A DNA stretch of 64,000 nt. It comes from the human T2T-CHM13v2.0 reference genome, Homo sapiens. Of this stretch, positions 13,801 through 26,670 are shown piece by piece. The stretch lies in NCBI RefSeq assembly GCF_009914755.1, contig NC_060935.1. One strand, 5' to 3'. The first letter of the stretch is position 1, and every line of letters begins with the position of its first letter. The notes under the pieces are model-generated. The model was not told the DNA's origin. It saw only the letters and a program-made list of their open reading frames with translations, and did no database searches. Both the position numbers and the translations under genes were made by a program.

Positions 13801-13996
13801 AAAAGGATGTTGGTTTACTGTATATCTTGCTGACTGCAAATTAAAAGATGCCGATTTGGGTTTTCTGCTGGATGGTCCACCGTGTATTTATTTTTCATTT
13901 GAATTATTAGGCTAGCTAAGGTGACACATAGATTTCTTTAAATGGATTATATAATTCAGTGCTTACTACTGAGCTTTCACATAAATATGCAAGACA

Positions 13997-14403
13997 TGTA
14001 TTCACCATCCTTGCTTTGCTATAAAGAAATACCTGAGACTGGGTAATTTATTAAAAAAAAAAAAAAGAGGTTTAATTGACTCACAGTTCTGCAGCCTGTA
14101 CAGGAAGCTCAGAACCAGAATCTGCTCTGGGGAGGCCTCAGAAAGCTTCCAATGACGGTGGAAGGCAAAGAGGGAGCAGGTGTCTCACATGGCAGGAGCA
14201 GGAGGAAGAAAGATTGGAGTGGGGAGGTGTCACACACTTAAAGAACCAGATCTTGCTAGTAGTACCCACTCACTACTGCAAGTACAGCACCATGCGATGA
14301 GAGATTCGCCCCCACGACCAAAACACCTCCTTTCTGGCCCCACCTCCAACACTGGGGATTACATTTCAACATGAGATTTCAGCAGGGACATCCAAATATA
14401 TCA
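13997..14403 (-). mobile_element. MSTA/MSTB-type MaLR solo LTR
   Basis: TG...GCTATAAAGAAATACCTGAGACTGGGTAATTTAT...GAGGTTTAATTGACTCACAGTTCTGC...CCCCACCTCCAACACTGGGGATTACATTTCAACATGAGATT...TATCA. Confidence 0.92.
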
Positions 14404-15270
14404 ACTTAACATTGAACTAAATAGAACTCATTGAATTAAATGTGTGAGAAATTTGCCCGAGCTCTTGAGGGCCATGTGGAAAGTGAAAGCACAGACGTAG
14501 GATTTAGTTTCAACATTGCCCTCTTTGACTTTGTATGAATTAGTAACTTCACAGGGTGGAACTGTACTAATGCAGCAATGAGACTTGTAGCTCTAAAACA
14601 AATATATGATGGAAATCCAAGCATCCTTTATTCTGCTCTAAAAACCTTCATTTCCTTCAGTTTGCCAATACTTCTAAAAATACTTTGCATTCAAATTTTA
14701 AACCACTCTAAGTAAGTATTATTTCCATCTTGTGTCTGAGCCAAATCATATGCCATAGACATCAGTTTGCCTCTTTGGGTCACGGTTACTTCATTATCAT
14801 AGTAAATGCAGAAGGCTCTTTCTCTCACTAGCTTCTCCTGAGATTTATTACAGGAGGTATTTTTTAGAACAAGTCCCTTAACATCTGCCTAAATTTAGTA
14901 GATGTGATCATTAGCAGTCATTATATCTAATCAACATCTCATCCTCATTAAAATAATACATTAATAGGATGAAATGGAAGTAAAAACATAAAAATGTGGA
15001 ATATTCATTTGCCTTGAATAAACATTCAGCAGCAGAAAATTTGCAGACTTTTAAAACCTGACTCTAAAAAAATACATACCCTGTGAGTTTTAAGCCCTGC
15101 CCTGAGTTTTTCATTAGTAGCCTTTACCTTCCACAACAAATGGGTGCATTGAGTCCCAACTGAAACACAATCACACAGTATGCATCCAGCTATTCATGTG
15201 TGGAATTAAATTGCATTAAACTGTTTGTTCTAGGTCAAGCAAATTAATATTCTGTGATATAATTATTATT

Positions 15271-15322
15271 AATTAATGGATAAAATTAATTAATGGATAA
15301 AAATTAATGGATAAAATTAATT
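15271..15322. repeat. Short tandem repeat, 3 copies of AATTAATGGATAAAA
   Basis: Directly visible. Confidence 0.85.
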
Positions 15323-16357
15323 ATTTCAGCCTTGAACTGCTTATACTTTATTCCTAGTGACTTCTATATGGGGAAATTAGCTAATTTATTGCTGTTCAGT
15401 CAATATTTTCAAGAGTACAATTCACCCCAGTTCCTAGGATCTATGTATTGCTTGGCTTGTGTAATGCTTTGTTATACGTAGATAACAACTCCCAATATCT
15501 CAACAACTTGAATATCCTGAAATTTGCAATTGACACTGAGATTGTCTTACTGATGTTTATGACATTTCTTCATCAATGCCGTAGGTGGAAATGAACATAT
15601 TACATAAATACTTGCAGAAATCATCACTTTGCCCCATTTCTTCCCAATATTATGTAACACCTGACTTGTAAGCTCAAAAAAAGTATATCTCACCCTCATC
15701 ACCACTGCATGTGGGTGTCCCTTTTCCCCATTCTTCTTTCTCAGAATCTTTCTTCAAGTTCCTTCTACACAGCCCCCATTCTACTTACATTTTATTTTAC
15801 AAACTATATTTATTTTCTCAGGTCTTCTATAAATGCCTCTGCCTTGCATCTTTTAAAGGAGGACGCTATCATACATGGTATTTTTCCAGTTATAGAAAGG
15901 TTAAGAAAAGATCAGACTTCTATGAGGTTGTAAAATGCAGACTCCTCTGCCCAAGTTCCACTAAAAATTACGTGTTAACTACAAGGGAAGTGGTCTTAAT
16001 TTTGGCCATATACAATTTAAAAGTACTTTATTCACCTACACTTTCACATAACTGAAACTTTCATTTAAATTTAATGATTTTAGTGCCATTAAATCATTGT
16101 TTTAAACATTCAGTGGAAAATGTTTCTGAAATGAATTTCAAAAATCCTGATATTACTATGCAGGGATGTGGGATACAGTAAGAATCAAACACATTGACAC
16201 TTATGACCACAAATTAATACCCAATCTCCTAAACATGCTAAGCATCAATCTTTTCATCAATTAAATAAAGAAATTGGAGTAAAATGCTCTTTAGAGCCTC
16301 TTAAGATTTAAAATTAGCAAATGCTGACCATGAGTTTACCTTTCATCAATGTCACAG

Positions 16358-16484
16358 ACACATTATAAAGACATATTTTTGGAACCGTACTTGCTGCATC
16401 TCCCTGATTGTAACACTGGGTGGATGGAAGAAGAATCTGGTCCCCCGGCCATAAGTAAACAAGCCTTTCAGAATTATGTTGAAG
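16358..16484 (+). other. Candidate 127-bp internal exon (unconfirmed, likely non-coding)
   Basis: Branch-point-like CTGAC 16324-16328, acceptor ...TGTCACAG|, donor GAAG|GTAAGA, GAAGAAGAA ESE-like motif, unique sequence. Confidence 0.3.
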
Positions 16485-16589
16485 GTAAGAACAGATAAAC
16501 TGTGAATTTAGGAAATTAATGTGTGAATTTTAGGGTCTTTGTAACCCATTTGGAACTTGTTTTGAAATAGTTATTTGGTAACGAGGCAG

Positions 16590-16990
16590 AGCCCATTAGC
16601 TTTTGCTTCTTAAAAGTCACCCCCAAACTTAGTGGCTAAAGTAACAATAAATTCTTATTTTTCACAAGTCTGAGAATTCGCTGAAAGGTTATTCTGATCT
16701 GGACTAGTTCATTTGGTGCTGTTTGGTCCTGCATAACTTCATTCCCAAGTCTGGGACCTCAGCCAGTAAAGTCTGTTTGACTAGTATAGCTGAGGTTACT
16801 TTCTCACACAGCCTCTTCTCTAGCTTCTAGTTTCCCTACATGAAGATGGGATGGTTATAAAAAAGATAAGACTAATGCATAAAACACTTCTTAGACCTCT
16901 GGTTGTTTCACATTTGCTTCTGATCCATTGCACCAGATCAGGCCATGTGAACAGGACCGGATTCAAGGAGTGGAGAAAGTGATTTGATCT
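16590..16990 (-). mobile_element. MLT1-type MaLR LTR
   Basis: CACCCCCAAACTTAGTGGCTAAAGTAACAA...ATCCATTG...GGCCATGTGA...GATTCAAGGAGTGGAGAAA. Confidence 0.7.
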
Positions 16991-16991
16991 A

Positions 16992-17850
16992 ATTTTTTAT
17001 GTGTATAAATTTATGGGACCCAGTGTAATTTTGTTACATGCATAGATTATGTAGCGGTAAAGTCAAGGCTATTAGAGTATCCATTACCCTAATTATGTAT
17101 GTTGTACTCATTAAGTAATTTCTCATGACCCATCCCCTTCCTACCCCCTCAACCACCTGAGTCTTCATCGCCTATCATTCCATACTCTGTGTCTTTATGT
17201 ACACATTATTCAGCTCCCACATTAAGTTAGAACATGCAATATTTATCTTTGCATCTGACTTGTTTAAATAATGGTCAATGTTGCAGATGATGGCCCATGT
17301 TACATTAAGATAAGGGTCATTGTTCCACCCATGTTGCAGCAAAAGACATGATTTCATTCATTTTATGACTGAATGGTATTTCATTTTGCATATATAATAC
17401 ATTTTCTTTACATAATCGTCCATAAATGTACACAAAGATAATCCATATCTTTGCAATTGTGGACAGTGCTGCAATGAACATACATGTGCAGGTGTCTTTT
17501 TGGTAGAATGATTTATTTTTTTGGATATATACCCAGTACTGGGATTGCTAAGTCAAATGGTAGTTTTGTTTTAAGTTATTTGAGAAATCTCCAAACTGCT
17601 TTCCATGGTGGCTGAACTAATTTGCATTCCCAACACATAAGCATTTCCTTTTCTTTGCAGCCTCGCCAGCATCTGTTATTTTTTGACTTTTTAATAATGG
17701 CCACTCTGTCTGGGGTAAGATGACATTGCATTGTAGTTTTAATTTGTATTTCTCTGATTATTAGGGATGTTGAACATTTCTTCATATACTTGCCAGCTAT
17801 TTATATGTCTTCTTATGAGAAACATCTATTCATATCCCATGCCCACTTTT
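16992..17850 (-). mobile_element. L1PB/L1MA 3' end (L1PB4-like), 5'-truncated
   Basis: AATTTTGTTACATGCATAGATT...TATACCCAGTACTGGGATTGCT...GAGAAATCTCCAAACTGCTTTCCATGGTGGCTGAACTAATTT; ORF 17576-17785 is L1 ORF2 C-terminus-like (IREIQIKTTMQCHLTP). Confidence 0.92.
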
Positions 17851-17889
17851 CCCCAAAAAGATATGTAGGCATTAAAAAAACCTAGCTCC

Positions 17890-18700
17890 AAACATCACCT
17901 GGCCAGAATTTGTTCACATTCCTCCCACATGCGAAATGTGCTTTTTCCCATTCTAAGACCTAAAAAAGACTTTTCTCATTACTTCATCAGATTGAAATCC
18001 AAGGCCTAATCAAAATTAAGTCCAAATGTGGATAAGTCTCCATATTTGCTACCCTTTGAGTATAATTCCTCTCATCCAGAGACTTTAAACTATGAAAGAT
18101 GAGTTCTATAACACACACCGAATGAGCATACTATGGTGAGGTGGTGCTAGACAACTGACAATAGATACAGTCATTTAAAAAGAAATACATAACACGCCTA
18201 TATCAATCACTGGTCTATAGAATTTCTGAAATCCACCTGGGCACACATTATAAGATCACTCTGTTCTGTGAGCAGAAAATAATACTTGAGCTGGGCCCAG
18301 TTCTGCTTTGTGGCAGTGTCAGTATAGCCCATTGGTCTCCAAGGATTTGAGCTACAGCTTCTAACATTGTATTCCTTCACATAAGAAATGCCCCATGCTT
18401 GATGCCAAGTAGCTTTCTTGGCCTGGGTCATTCCATTAGCAACGAAGAGTCCAGACGCCTTCTTTTAATTTGAGATATCTCAGTCCCTTTAAGTCTAAAC
18501 TACTACTACCCCCTTAAAACTTCATGGGTTTTCTATCTATCGGATTATATTCCACTCCATTAAATGAAAACTAAGCCTAAAATACTTTATGATACACTTG
18601 TTTAGACTTGCTTATACTTTTATTGGGGATTAGGCTTGAAATCTTTAGAAATCTTTTCTTTCACTGAAGAATTTCCTATCATTATAAAGCCCTCAAAGTC
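17890..18700 (-). mobile_element. MLT1-int (MaLR internal) remnant, probable continuation of the 16590-16990 element
   Basis: TTCACATTCCTCCCACATG, ATAATTCCTCTCATCCAGAGACT, ACAATAGATACAGTCATT resemble MaLR internal sequence. Confidence 0.5.
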
Positions 18701-19040
18701 TTATAGCCACCCATAATCTGATATTCATCCTGAGATTATGTCATCTACAAAAGGATGAAGAAACTGTAGAAGGTACAAGAGAAGCAAGAATGACCATTTT
18801 TCTCACGGGCTTAGGTATAAGAGAAGCTGAGATATCATGATTACAGGGTAAAGTAATGACTCTGGAACTGAGAAATCTTCTATGAGGGAGAAGTAATTAT
18901 GCATCATATACAAAATATGCAGTTTCCTCTGATTAAGAGGAACAATTTTTATATGTACATAATGTCAAGTAGACCTTGGCTTATGTTAGAGAGTATGTAG
19001 AAATAACTGATTTATTTTGTCATTCATAAGAAATTACCTT

Positions 19041-19187
19041 GGCCAGGTGTCGTGGCTCATGCCTGTAATCCTAGCAATTCTGGAGGCTGAAGTGAGAGGA
19101 CTGCTTGAGCCCAGGAGATTGAGGCTGTTCGAGTTGCACTCCAGCACTCCAGCCTGAGAAATAGAGCAGGATTCTGTCTTAAAAAAA
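19041..19187 (+). mobile_element. Free Alu monomer (FRAM/FAM-like)
   Basis: GGCCAGGTGTCGTGGCTCATGCCTGTAATCC...CTTGAGCCCAGGAG...CACTCCAGCCTG...A-tail; TSD AAATTACC(T/A)T at 19031-19040 and 19185-19194. Confidence 0.88.
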
Positions 19188-19574
19188 TTACCATGGCAAG
19201 TAGTCTCCTTTTTCATCTAGAAGGATGTCTTTAAATACAACAGACTAAGAGAATGTTACATTTTGTGACTTGAGGACACTGGGAGACAAAGCTGTATTTA
19301 CCTCCTTCACATGCGCACCAATACATTTCTCCACATTCTCATTAAATATTTAATTGCTTTACCATGGGTTCAATATTTGTATTTAAATTTACGTAACACA
19401 TCTTAAAAAGTAGCATATCTTAAAATATAATACTAGCATCAGTGGTGACACGACAAATGAGGGTACCCTATTGTTTTGTAATATTTAGAAAATGCAGCTT
19501 GATCTTTTTGCCTCAAATTGTGATCTACAAACCAAAAGCATTAGTAAATTAGTAAATTAGTAAAAACATACTCT

Positions 19575-19665
19575 CTGACTCAAACCCAGATCTACTGAAT
19601 CAGATTATGTATTTTAACAACATCCTCAGGAGTTTTATGTACATAAAAATTTGAGATACACTATC
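19575..19665 (+). mobile_element. MER5-family fragment
   Basis: CCCAGATCTACTGAATCAGA...TTTTAACAA...AAAATTTGAGATACACT. Confidence 0.65.
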
Positions 19666-19914
19666 CTGAATATTGAAAAAAGTAATACCAGATACCTAAT
19701 ATGTAGTACCTGCTTCAGAGGAGTTTATTGTTCAAAGGAGAGACTATGCAAGTAAACCAATAGTTATCTTATTGTGTGATTTGTGAAGGATCAATATTAA
19801 TTCCTTTATTGAACCCAGGTTTTGGTGGAAGGAAAGTGTGAGAGAAAACAGGGGGAAAATACTATTTAAATTGTTATTCATGCTTATTATGCAGCAAAAG
19901 CGGAAGTATGATTA

Positions 19915-20070
19915 CGGGGCTCCCTCTGGGTGTTATGAAAATGTTCTAAAGTTGACTGTTGTGATAACTGCACATCTATGAATACACTGAAAACCACTGA
20001 ATTGTACCCTTTGGGTGAATTGTATGGTATGTGAATTATATTGCAATAAAACCCATTTTAAAAATGAAAA
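19915..20070 (+). mobile_element. L1MB/L1ME 3' terminal fragment
   Basis: GAAAATGTTCTAAAGTTGA...AAAACCACTGAATTGTAC...GGGTGAATTGTATGGTATGTGAATTATA..CAATAAA. Confidence 0.82.
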
Positions 20071-20643
20071 AAAAGTATTAGAAAGAAAGAATACAGACAC
20101 AAGTATGTGGATAAGAAAAAGACAGAGAGCTACAAAATCATGCAGCTATTTCTATTAACAAGAGGGAGATTTCATATTGGGGGGAGATATTTATGCATTA
20201 AAAACCCTAACAAACTAACGATAAGTCTACTGATCTGCTCCAACTGACCATGAGATGTATGAGGAAAAAAAATGTTTATCTTTGAAATCCAATGAGATCT
20301 GTTTTCTTCTTAGTGGCAACTGCTGACAGATAAAGTACATAGGTGAAGATGGAACTAAGGACCTTGAAACAAACAAAGAAAAAATGACATTCCAGCGTTC
20401 ACTTCACAGAACAAGAAGGCACAAGGTGACCAGAAAAAGCAATACAATGCACTCTGCACAAAGACTTCCTTCCTACTCACCCCTTGTTAAGAATTCTTAG
20501 CTCTTCACAGAGAAACTAGGGATTCAAACCAGAATTGACTATCTTGTAGTTCATTGGATGAACACAGGCATAATGCATAAAATGAATAAATTGTAATCAT
20601 TTCTTCATTCCCAGGGAAGATTCAGTCACTATTAGTATATCCA

Positions 20644-20695
20644 TGATAGGTAGGTAAATAGATAGATAGATAGACAGATAGATAGATAGACAGAC
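20644..20695. repeat. Imperfect (GATA)n tetranucleotide repeat
   Basis: Directly visible. Confidence 0.9.
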
Positions 20696-21266
20696 ATATA
20701 ATATTCATGCAGCATATAGCTAATACATATCACTATACACTGAAGCGCACTTCTTGAATACTAGAGGCAAGATTCTAATATACATATTAATAGAGAGAAG
20801 ATTGGTTATACAGTCTCTCTGAAAGATAGAAACTTAGCCAGGATTATTTCATGTAACACCAGATCTTACTGAATTTTCTGGGCAATTTTATGTCATCTGA
20901 ACCTAGTACTACTCTCACGGGTATCATATTCACAATTCCCAAACAGTTGTTTATCATTTACAAAAATTATGCTCATCACAATTCTTAGGTCATTTTGCCA
21001 ATGTTATGTAACTCTCTTCCTGAAGCATCTTGTTTTTCTTCTCCCTATATCTCCCCGCATCAGTGGGTGTAGGAAACACAAGCATATGCTTGGAGCACAT
21101 ACTTCAGTACACCACCTACCAACACTGATTCTTTAGAGAGGAAATCAGAATGCATTAAAATGTAGGTTGGCCTATTGCCCAAGACATTTTTTTTGTGCTG
21201 TATAAATTCTTTTAAGGACTGGCCATGTGCCAGAACCTATTTCCTTGGCTGGGAAATCTGAGTTTG

Positions 21267-21270
<4 letters not shown>

Positions 21271-21328
<58 letters not shown>
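21271..21328. repeat. Compound microsatellite (TG)17(AG)12
   Basis: Directly visible. Confidence 0.97.
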
Positions 21329-21329
<1 letters not shown>

Positions 21330-22685
21330 ATACATTCATGTAAATAGAGATCTTTTATTTTCCTACTTGTCTTAGCATGACTTTTAGTATAAGTATTTAT
21401 CTTGACTCTTATGTAAGAAGTCTTACTTATTGTGAGAATGACATCATCTGCGTTTCACCCCCTTTCCCATAACAGATTCCTAAAATAACCTAAGAAAATC
21501 ATGCATCAGTATATGATATGGATAATATATAGGGTAATGGAGATCTACTCTTATATCCACTTTGTATTTCTGGTATTCAGCTCTTTACATTTGTAATAGA
21601 AACTACTGCATTTATCTTACAGGATTGTTCTAAAACTAAATGAAATTGCATATATGAAGAATGGAGCATCATGTCTTTCTCAGACCCTGCACTGAAAAAA
21701 ATGTTGGTTCCTACTACTGCTCCTTCCTTGCCCAGAGAATGAGGCATTTAAGAGGTACAGGGAAGTTGAAAGAGGGTCTGGAATTTCTTCTGCTGCTGTA
21801 GACATAGTGACCCATGAAACTTGGGAGATCCAGGTTCTCTCTATTCATTTGCTTAAGGTAAAGGTTTTGTGTGCCATGTACCACTCTGAGTACTAAAGAC
21901 ACAAGTGTGGAGAAATTCTTTCTCTCTTAGTATATGGTTAAGGTTTCTAAAACCATCATTATTTTGTTAGAGTGTGATACACATCCTTTCACATACCTCA
22001 CCAAGCATGCTGGGCATTAGTTTCTTGCTAGAATTAAACTCTGTCCCACAACTCAATGTGCTTAGTAGAGACCATGAAACTGCAATCTGATTTTTGTAAG
22101 CCTCTTCTTTTAATATCTACACATGGACTACTATATTACAATACACTGAACATTACAGCTTTAACAATAATAAAGTTGAAAATTATATGACAGAATTTGA
22201 ATTAATCTCAGGCAGATTCTTTTTAAGCCTGCCAGTCTTTTCTTGATTCCTTCATGGTCTTGTCAAGGAAAGATGGTTTTGAGTGACCAGATACCTCCAA
22301 AATGATTTCCCTCTGATGTTCTCTTCCTAAACCGCTGATTTAAAATATATGTTAAGTAAATTTTCTGAACTTGGATTTATGGTAGCAAATAAAACTATCA
22401 ATATAAAAATTAGAGAAGTATATTTTCTCCAAACTGAAATATATATGCTTTAGATTTTTGAGGTTTTATATTTAAAAACAATAACTTATAAATTTCCATT
22501 GTATATATTAGAAGAAAAAGTTATATATCTCAGGACAAATAATAAAGGATATAGTACTGCACCTACTTCAAATAATATATAACTATACAAAAATTACAGT
22601 TATATTCAAAAGAAAATTGTTTCAGTGGGAAAAAATAAGAATTTATTAAAATTTTAAAACTCCATTATTAAGAAGTTTTGGGTCA

Positions 22686-23430
22686 TGTGGTAGATAACTA
22701 TTGTTGGTGTTCCACAGTATTTACACACCTGCAACTGAAGAAGTTTCAGCTCACACCTGCAAGTTCTCCAGAGCACTATCCTTGAACTAAACATGATCCA
22801 GTTAATGTCTTGCTTGATGTGCCTGGAAAGTTATGCCTCACAACCCTCAACCCATAACCAGTGATTGATCAGGTATGGATACGAAAAAAAATTCTTTTCT
22901 TCTTTTTCTCTAAGTATAACATAACACAAAAACAAACAAACACACTATTCTGTGGTGTACTTATTGCACCACAATTTAGACTACATTGTTTTGTTTCCCC
23001 CTACCTCATCTCCCTTTAAGAGTTCTACAGAGAACACTCCCTTAATCAATTACTCGCACAAGAAAACCATCTCAGATTCTGCCTGTAAGTAATCCAGTTT
23101 AGGAACCTTTGGTATTAGGATGCAGACTCTGAAGAAGAGAACATCAAATTAGATTATTCACTGGCTGGATAGCAATGAGGTTCCATCGTTGGGGGTAAGG
23201 AGAGTATTGATAAGTCCTGACATGTTCTAGATGTGCCAACATTGAGATTTTTATCTCAGGTGAACTGGAATGAAATACTGGTGAAGGACATGCTACGCTT
23301 TATGAACCATAAAATTGCACTTAAAGGTGAGGGAAAATAGTGTTTATAAGGACTTTGGAAGTAGGCAGCTGTTGCTGAGTACCACTGATGCATTCAGGAG
23401 AGAATTTCACAAGCAAAGGTAGAATATTAA
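22686..23430 (+). mobile_element. LTR16A-like ERVL LTR (~22686-23106) plus start of ERVL/HERV16-like internal region
   Basis: CACTCCCTTAATCAATTACTCGCACAAGAA..CATCTCAGATTCTGC LTR16 3' end followed by AGGATGCAGACTCTG...GCAATGAGG.TCCATC.TTGGGGGTAAGGAGAGTATTGAT leader. Confidence 0.7.
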
Positions 23431-23459
23431 TCAAAGGACCCAGAAGATAGAGGAAAGAA

Positions 23460-24341
23460 ACATAGAGAATTATTCTGAGGCCTTGTGACCTAATCAAGGC
23501 TCTTCCAACATTTGCATGGCTGAATATTTAAATTGCTTTGAGCCAGCAACTCCTTTCAATTTTCTCTTTTTGAGCAGGAATGTCTTTAGTGATTATTCAG
23601 TGTCTCCTCTACTATTACATGTGGGATGTGCAGGGGTGAGGGACTGATTATTTGTCTCTTTAGTTTCATAGATCTACAGTTTGAGATAAACTGCATTTGA
23701 AGAGCTGTGCTCAAGGAACTGTATCTGAGGAGCCTTATCCCTACATGGACCTTTAGGGATTCTGGACCTTGAGCTGCTTCTATAATGGTGCCCTTAGGAA
23801 GGAGTGAGTACATTTTTGTTTCAAAGTGAGAGAGATACAAATCATATGGAGTACAGGGGCTAGTCTTTAAGATGAACTTCAATGACCCTGACATTCTGGT
23901 ATTCATATCTTAATGTAATGTCCTCCTGCTAAAGAAGGGAACAGGGAGAGAGGTGGACCTATTGACTTATGTGGGATTGTTGATTGTATGTCACTTATGA
24001 GATCAACTTACAAAAGGAATATAGCTTCCATCTTTCCATTTTTCTATGTCATAAGGCATCTTTGTGAAGAGGCACATGAGGCAAAAACACAACAAATGCC
24101 AACAACCACATGCATGAGCTTGGAAGTAGAATCCTCTTTCTCAGTTGAACCTTTGGAAGAGAACATAATCCTAGCAAAATGAGAACTTCAATGGACCTTA
24201 CTAAAGACCTTGACATAGAAGAATCAGGCTAAGCCACACGTAGATTATCCATCCACAGAAACTGTGAGATAATAAATGGTCGTTGTTTTATGTGACTACA
24301 TCCTGGAGTAAATTGTTATGAACAAGCATATAAGTAATACA
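23460..24341 (+). mobile_element. MLT1-int 3' end plus MLT1E/F-type LTR (~23860-24341)
   Basis: CCAACAACCACATGCATGAGCTTGGAAG, CCACAGAAACTGTGAGATAATAAATG, TTGTTATG...TAATACA terminus. Confidence 0.8.
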
Positions 24342-24344
24342 ATT

Positions 24345-24910
24345 GCAACTCTAGTGGTTACAATTCAGTTCTAATCTTGTTGGACTTCTAATTGGTATGG
24401 TTTAGCATTTTATTCTTCACAGTCTCAACTCTTTGGAGATTTATGGCCCACCTGTTAGTTGCCTTCCTCATTTTCCCCCATCACTTAAATGTTGACTGTT
24501 TCCAGAATTCTGTCCATGGTTCACTGTTCTTATTCTTCATGCTCTCCTCAACTTCCTCCCCATTCTTTAACAATATACTGAATGCTAATGCAGGAAAATC
24601 TCAGCCCACACAGTGATTCTGAGTTTCAGACTCAATTATTCAACTCACAAATAAAAACAAACAAGCAAATGAAACACGTGTTACAGGCACTAAAAAGCAC
24701 CACATCCCAAACTAAATGTATTATCTTCCTTAAAACCAACTGCTGATCATACATTTTTGATTGCAATTAATGCCACACAGCATATCCCATGTCACAAACT
24801 TTGAAGTAATGATAGAATTCTCAAGCTTGAATATTAATTTCTTCTAATTGAACACCATGTTATGTTGAGTTTACCTCAAATATATTTCTCAACACCATCC
24901 TGTTTCATTG
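24345..24910 (+). mobile_element. L2 internal fragment
   Basis: CTTAAATGTTGACTGTTTCCAGAATTCTGTCCATGG, CTGAGTTTCAGACTC. Confidence 0.6.
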
Positions 24911-26084
24911 ACCTAACATCCTAACCACAACCATTTCACCTATGATGGTGAGTTTAGCAGAATTATCCTCACAGTTAAACAGATTATACTCCCGGTTATG
25001 CATATAGGAGTAATTATGGTCACCCACTGATGCCCTTTCTGTCATATTTCTTATTTGTTTCTGGAGCACTTTTATTTTTCTAAATTTGGGAAGTTTTATG
25101 AAAATATTTTTGTTTTTTTAAGGTGTGCTCAAGTTAGAACCAAAATTAAGTTCTACTCTTCTCTTTTTGTTCTACATTCCTTCACAATTCTCAATGTTTC
25201 CTAGGGCAAATCTATCAGCTGTCTTGTTTAAGCCACCCATTAAGAAGGATGTCTTAATAACAAAAGTGTATTCATTGTGACATGTTCCCAATGATTTCTC
25301 AATAATCATCTTGCAATATTAACCCAATCTGATGCCCAAACATACAATGTATTTATCTGTTAATATTCCCTCTTCAGGCACATTTTCTTGTTAAACTTGG
25401 TGACGCTTAAATGTATTTCTCATATGAATTCTCCAGGTAATAAATTTCATGAAACATCAGGTCACAATATTCAAATCTTTCTTCACTAGAACTTCTGGGA
25501 ATATCTGAAGTTTACAATAAGCAATTTTTACATGGTTACATTTCAAAATTTTAGATAAATATATAAATGCATATGAATACATACATCAAATACTAGTTTG
25601 GTTAATGTCATAAATGCCATACAGAAGTTTAAAATATTTGAAGTACACTTTATTCATAAGCCCATGAACTACACCTCTAAATTCTAATTATTTTTCTGCA
25701 CAGGAAAAAGTTACATGTTTAACATACAGCCAGTATCAAAGCTGGCTATTAAATTCTTTCAGATTCATCCCATACAATTATAGTCTCTCAATCACCTTCT
25801 AGGAATCTATAGACAATGTATCCTCATCAGCTGCCTGCTCTAGTCACTTGACTTCATTACATCTCCCAGTAACTTTACTATGTACACTAGAGTTTAACAG
25901 TTTATTTCATTTGCAATTACCTTATCATTTCTCTTTCACACCTTTTCAATATTTTGCCCCCTCTTTTTTTTTTTCCATTTTAACAGGCACTTTAACTTTT
26001 TCTTGGGCCAGACTTCCTAGGTATTTCTCCTAGTAGCTTTTCTTATTGTAACAGAACTATGTTGCAGAGCTGTTTTGTAGGCCA

Positions 26085-26448
26085 AGATAGAGCAGTCTAT
26101 ATAGAGGTAACAAGCAACTTTATAATTTCAGAGGCTTACTGCAACAAAATCTGATCACTCACTCCTGCTACCTATCTATCATGAGCCACTGTAGTCACTG
26201 AAATGCTCCAGTCGAAAGAAGCTTAATTTTAAGCTCTGTTTTCAAGATCACTATGAAAATGAAACAGGCATGCCGCAAAGCACTCACCCAGTTGACGTTT
26301 TCACCCTGAAATGACACATTACAGCTGCTTATATTTCCTCGGCTAAAGCAAGTTACATGGCATGCCTAATTTAAATGGGTCAAGTAAATGCAATTCTGTG
26401 CTCTGGACGAGGATATCTAATTATTTGTGAATGTCTAATACTTTTACA
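26085..26448 (-). mobile_element. MLT1J/K-type LTR
   Basis: CCTGAAATGACACATTAC..CTGCTTATATTTCCTCGGCTAAAGCAAGTTACATGGC. Confidence 0.65.
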
Positions 26449-26449
26449 G

Positions 26450-26670
26450 TGATGAAATGATGGACTCTGAAATCAGATAATATGGACTCAAAACTTCCTT
26501 ACAATACTTTTTATCTTTGTAATCTTATATTACCAAAATCTTCCATGCCTCAATTTCTCAATACACAAAGAAAGACTAAATAAGAATATCTACCTAAAAA
26601 GTAATTGTGAGAATTCAGTGATATAACACAATATCTGACTTAAAATGGTTTTGATAAATATCAGCTATTC
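26450..26670 (+). mobile_element. MIR
   Basis: TGGACTCTGAAATCAGA...CCATGCCTCAATTTCTCA...ATCTACCT...TTGTGAGAATT. Confidence 0.65.

Noticed and set aside
21079-21092. 14-bp palindrome CAAGCATATGCTTG
   Set aside because: An isolated palindrome of this length is expected by chance in 64 kb.
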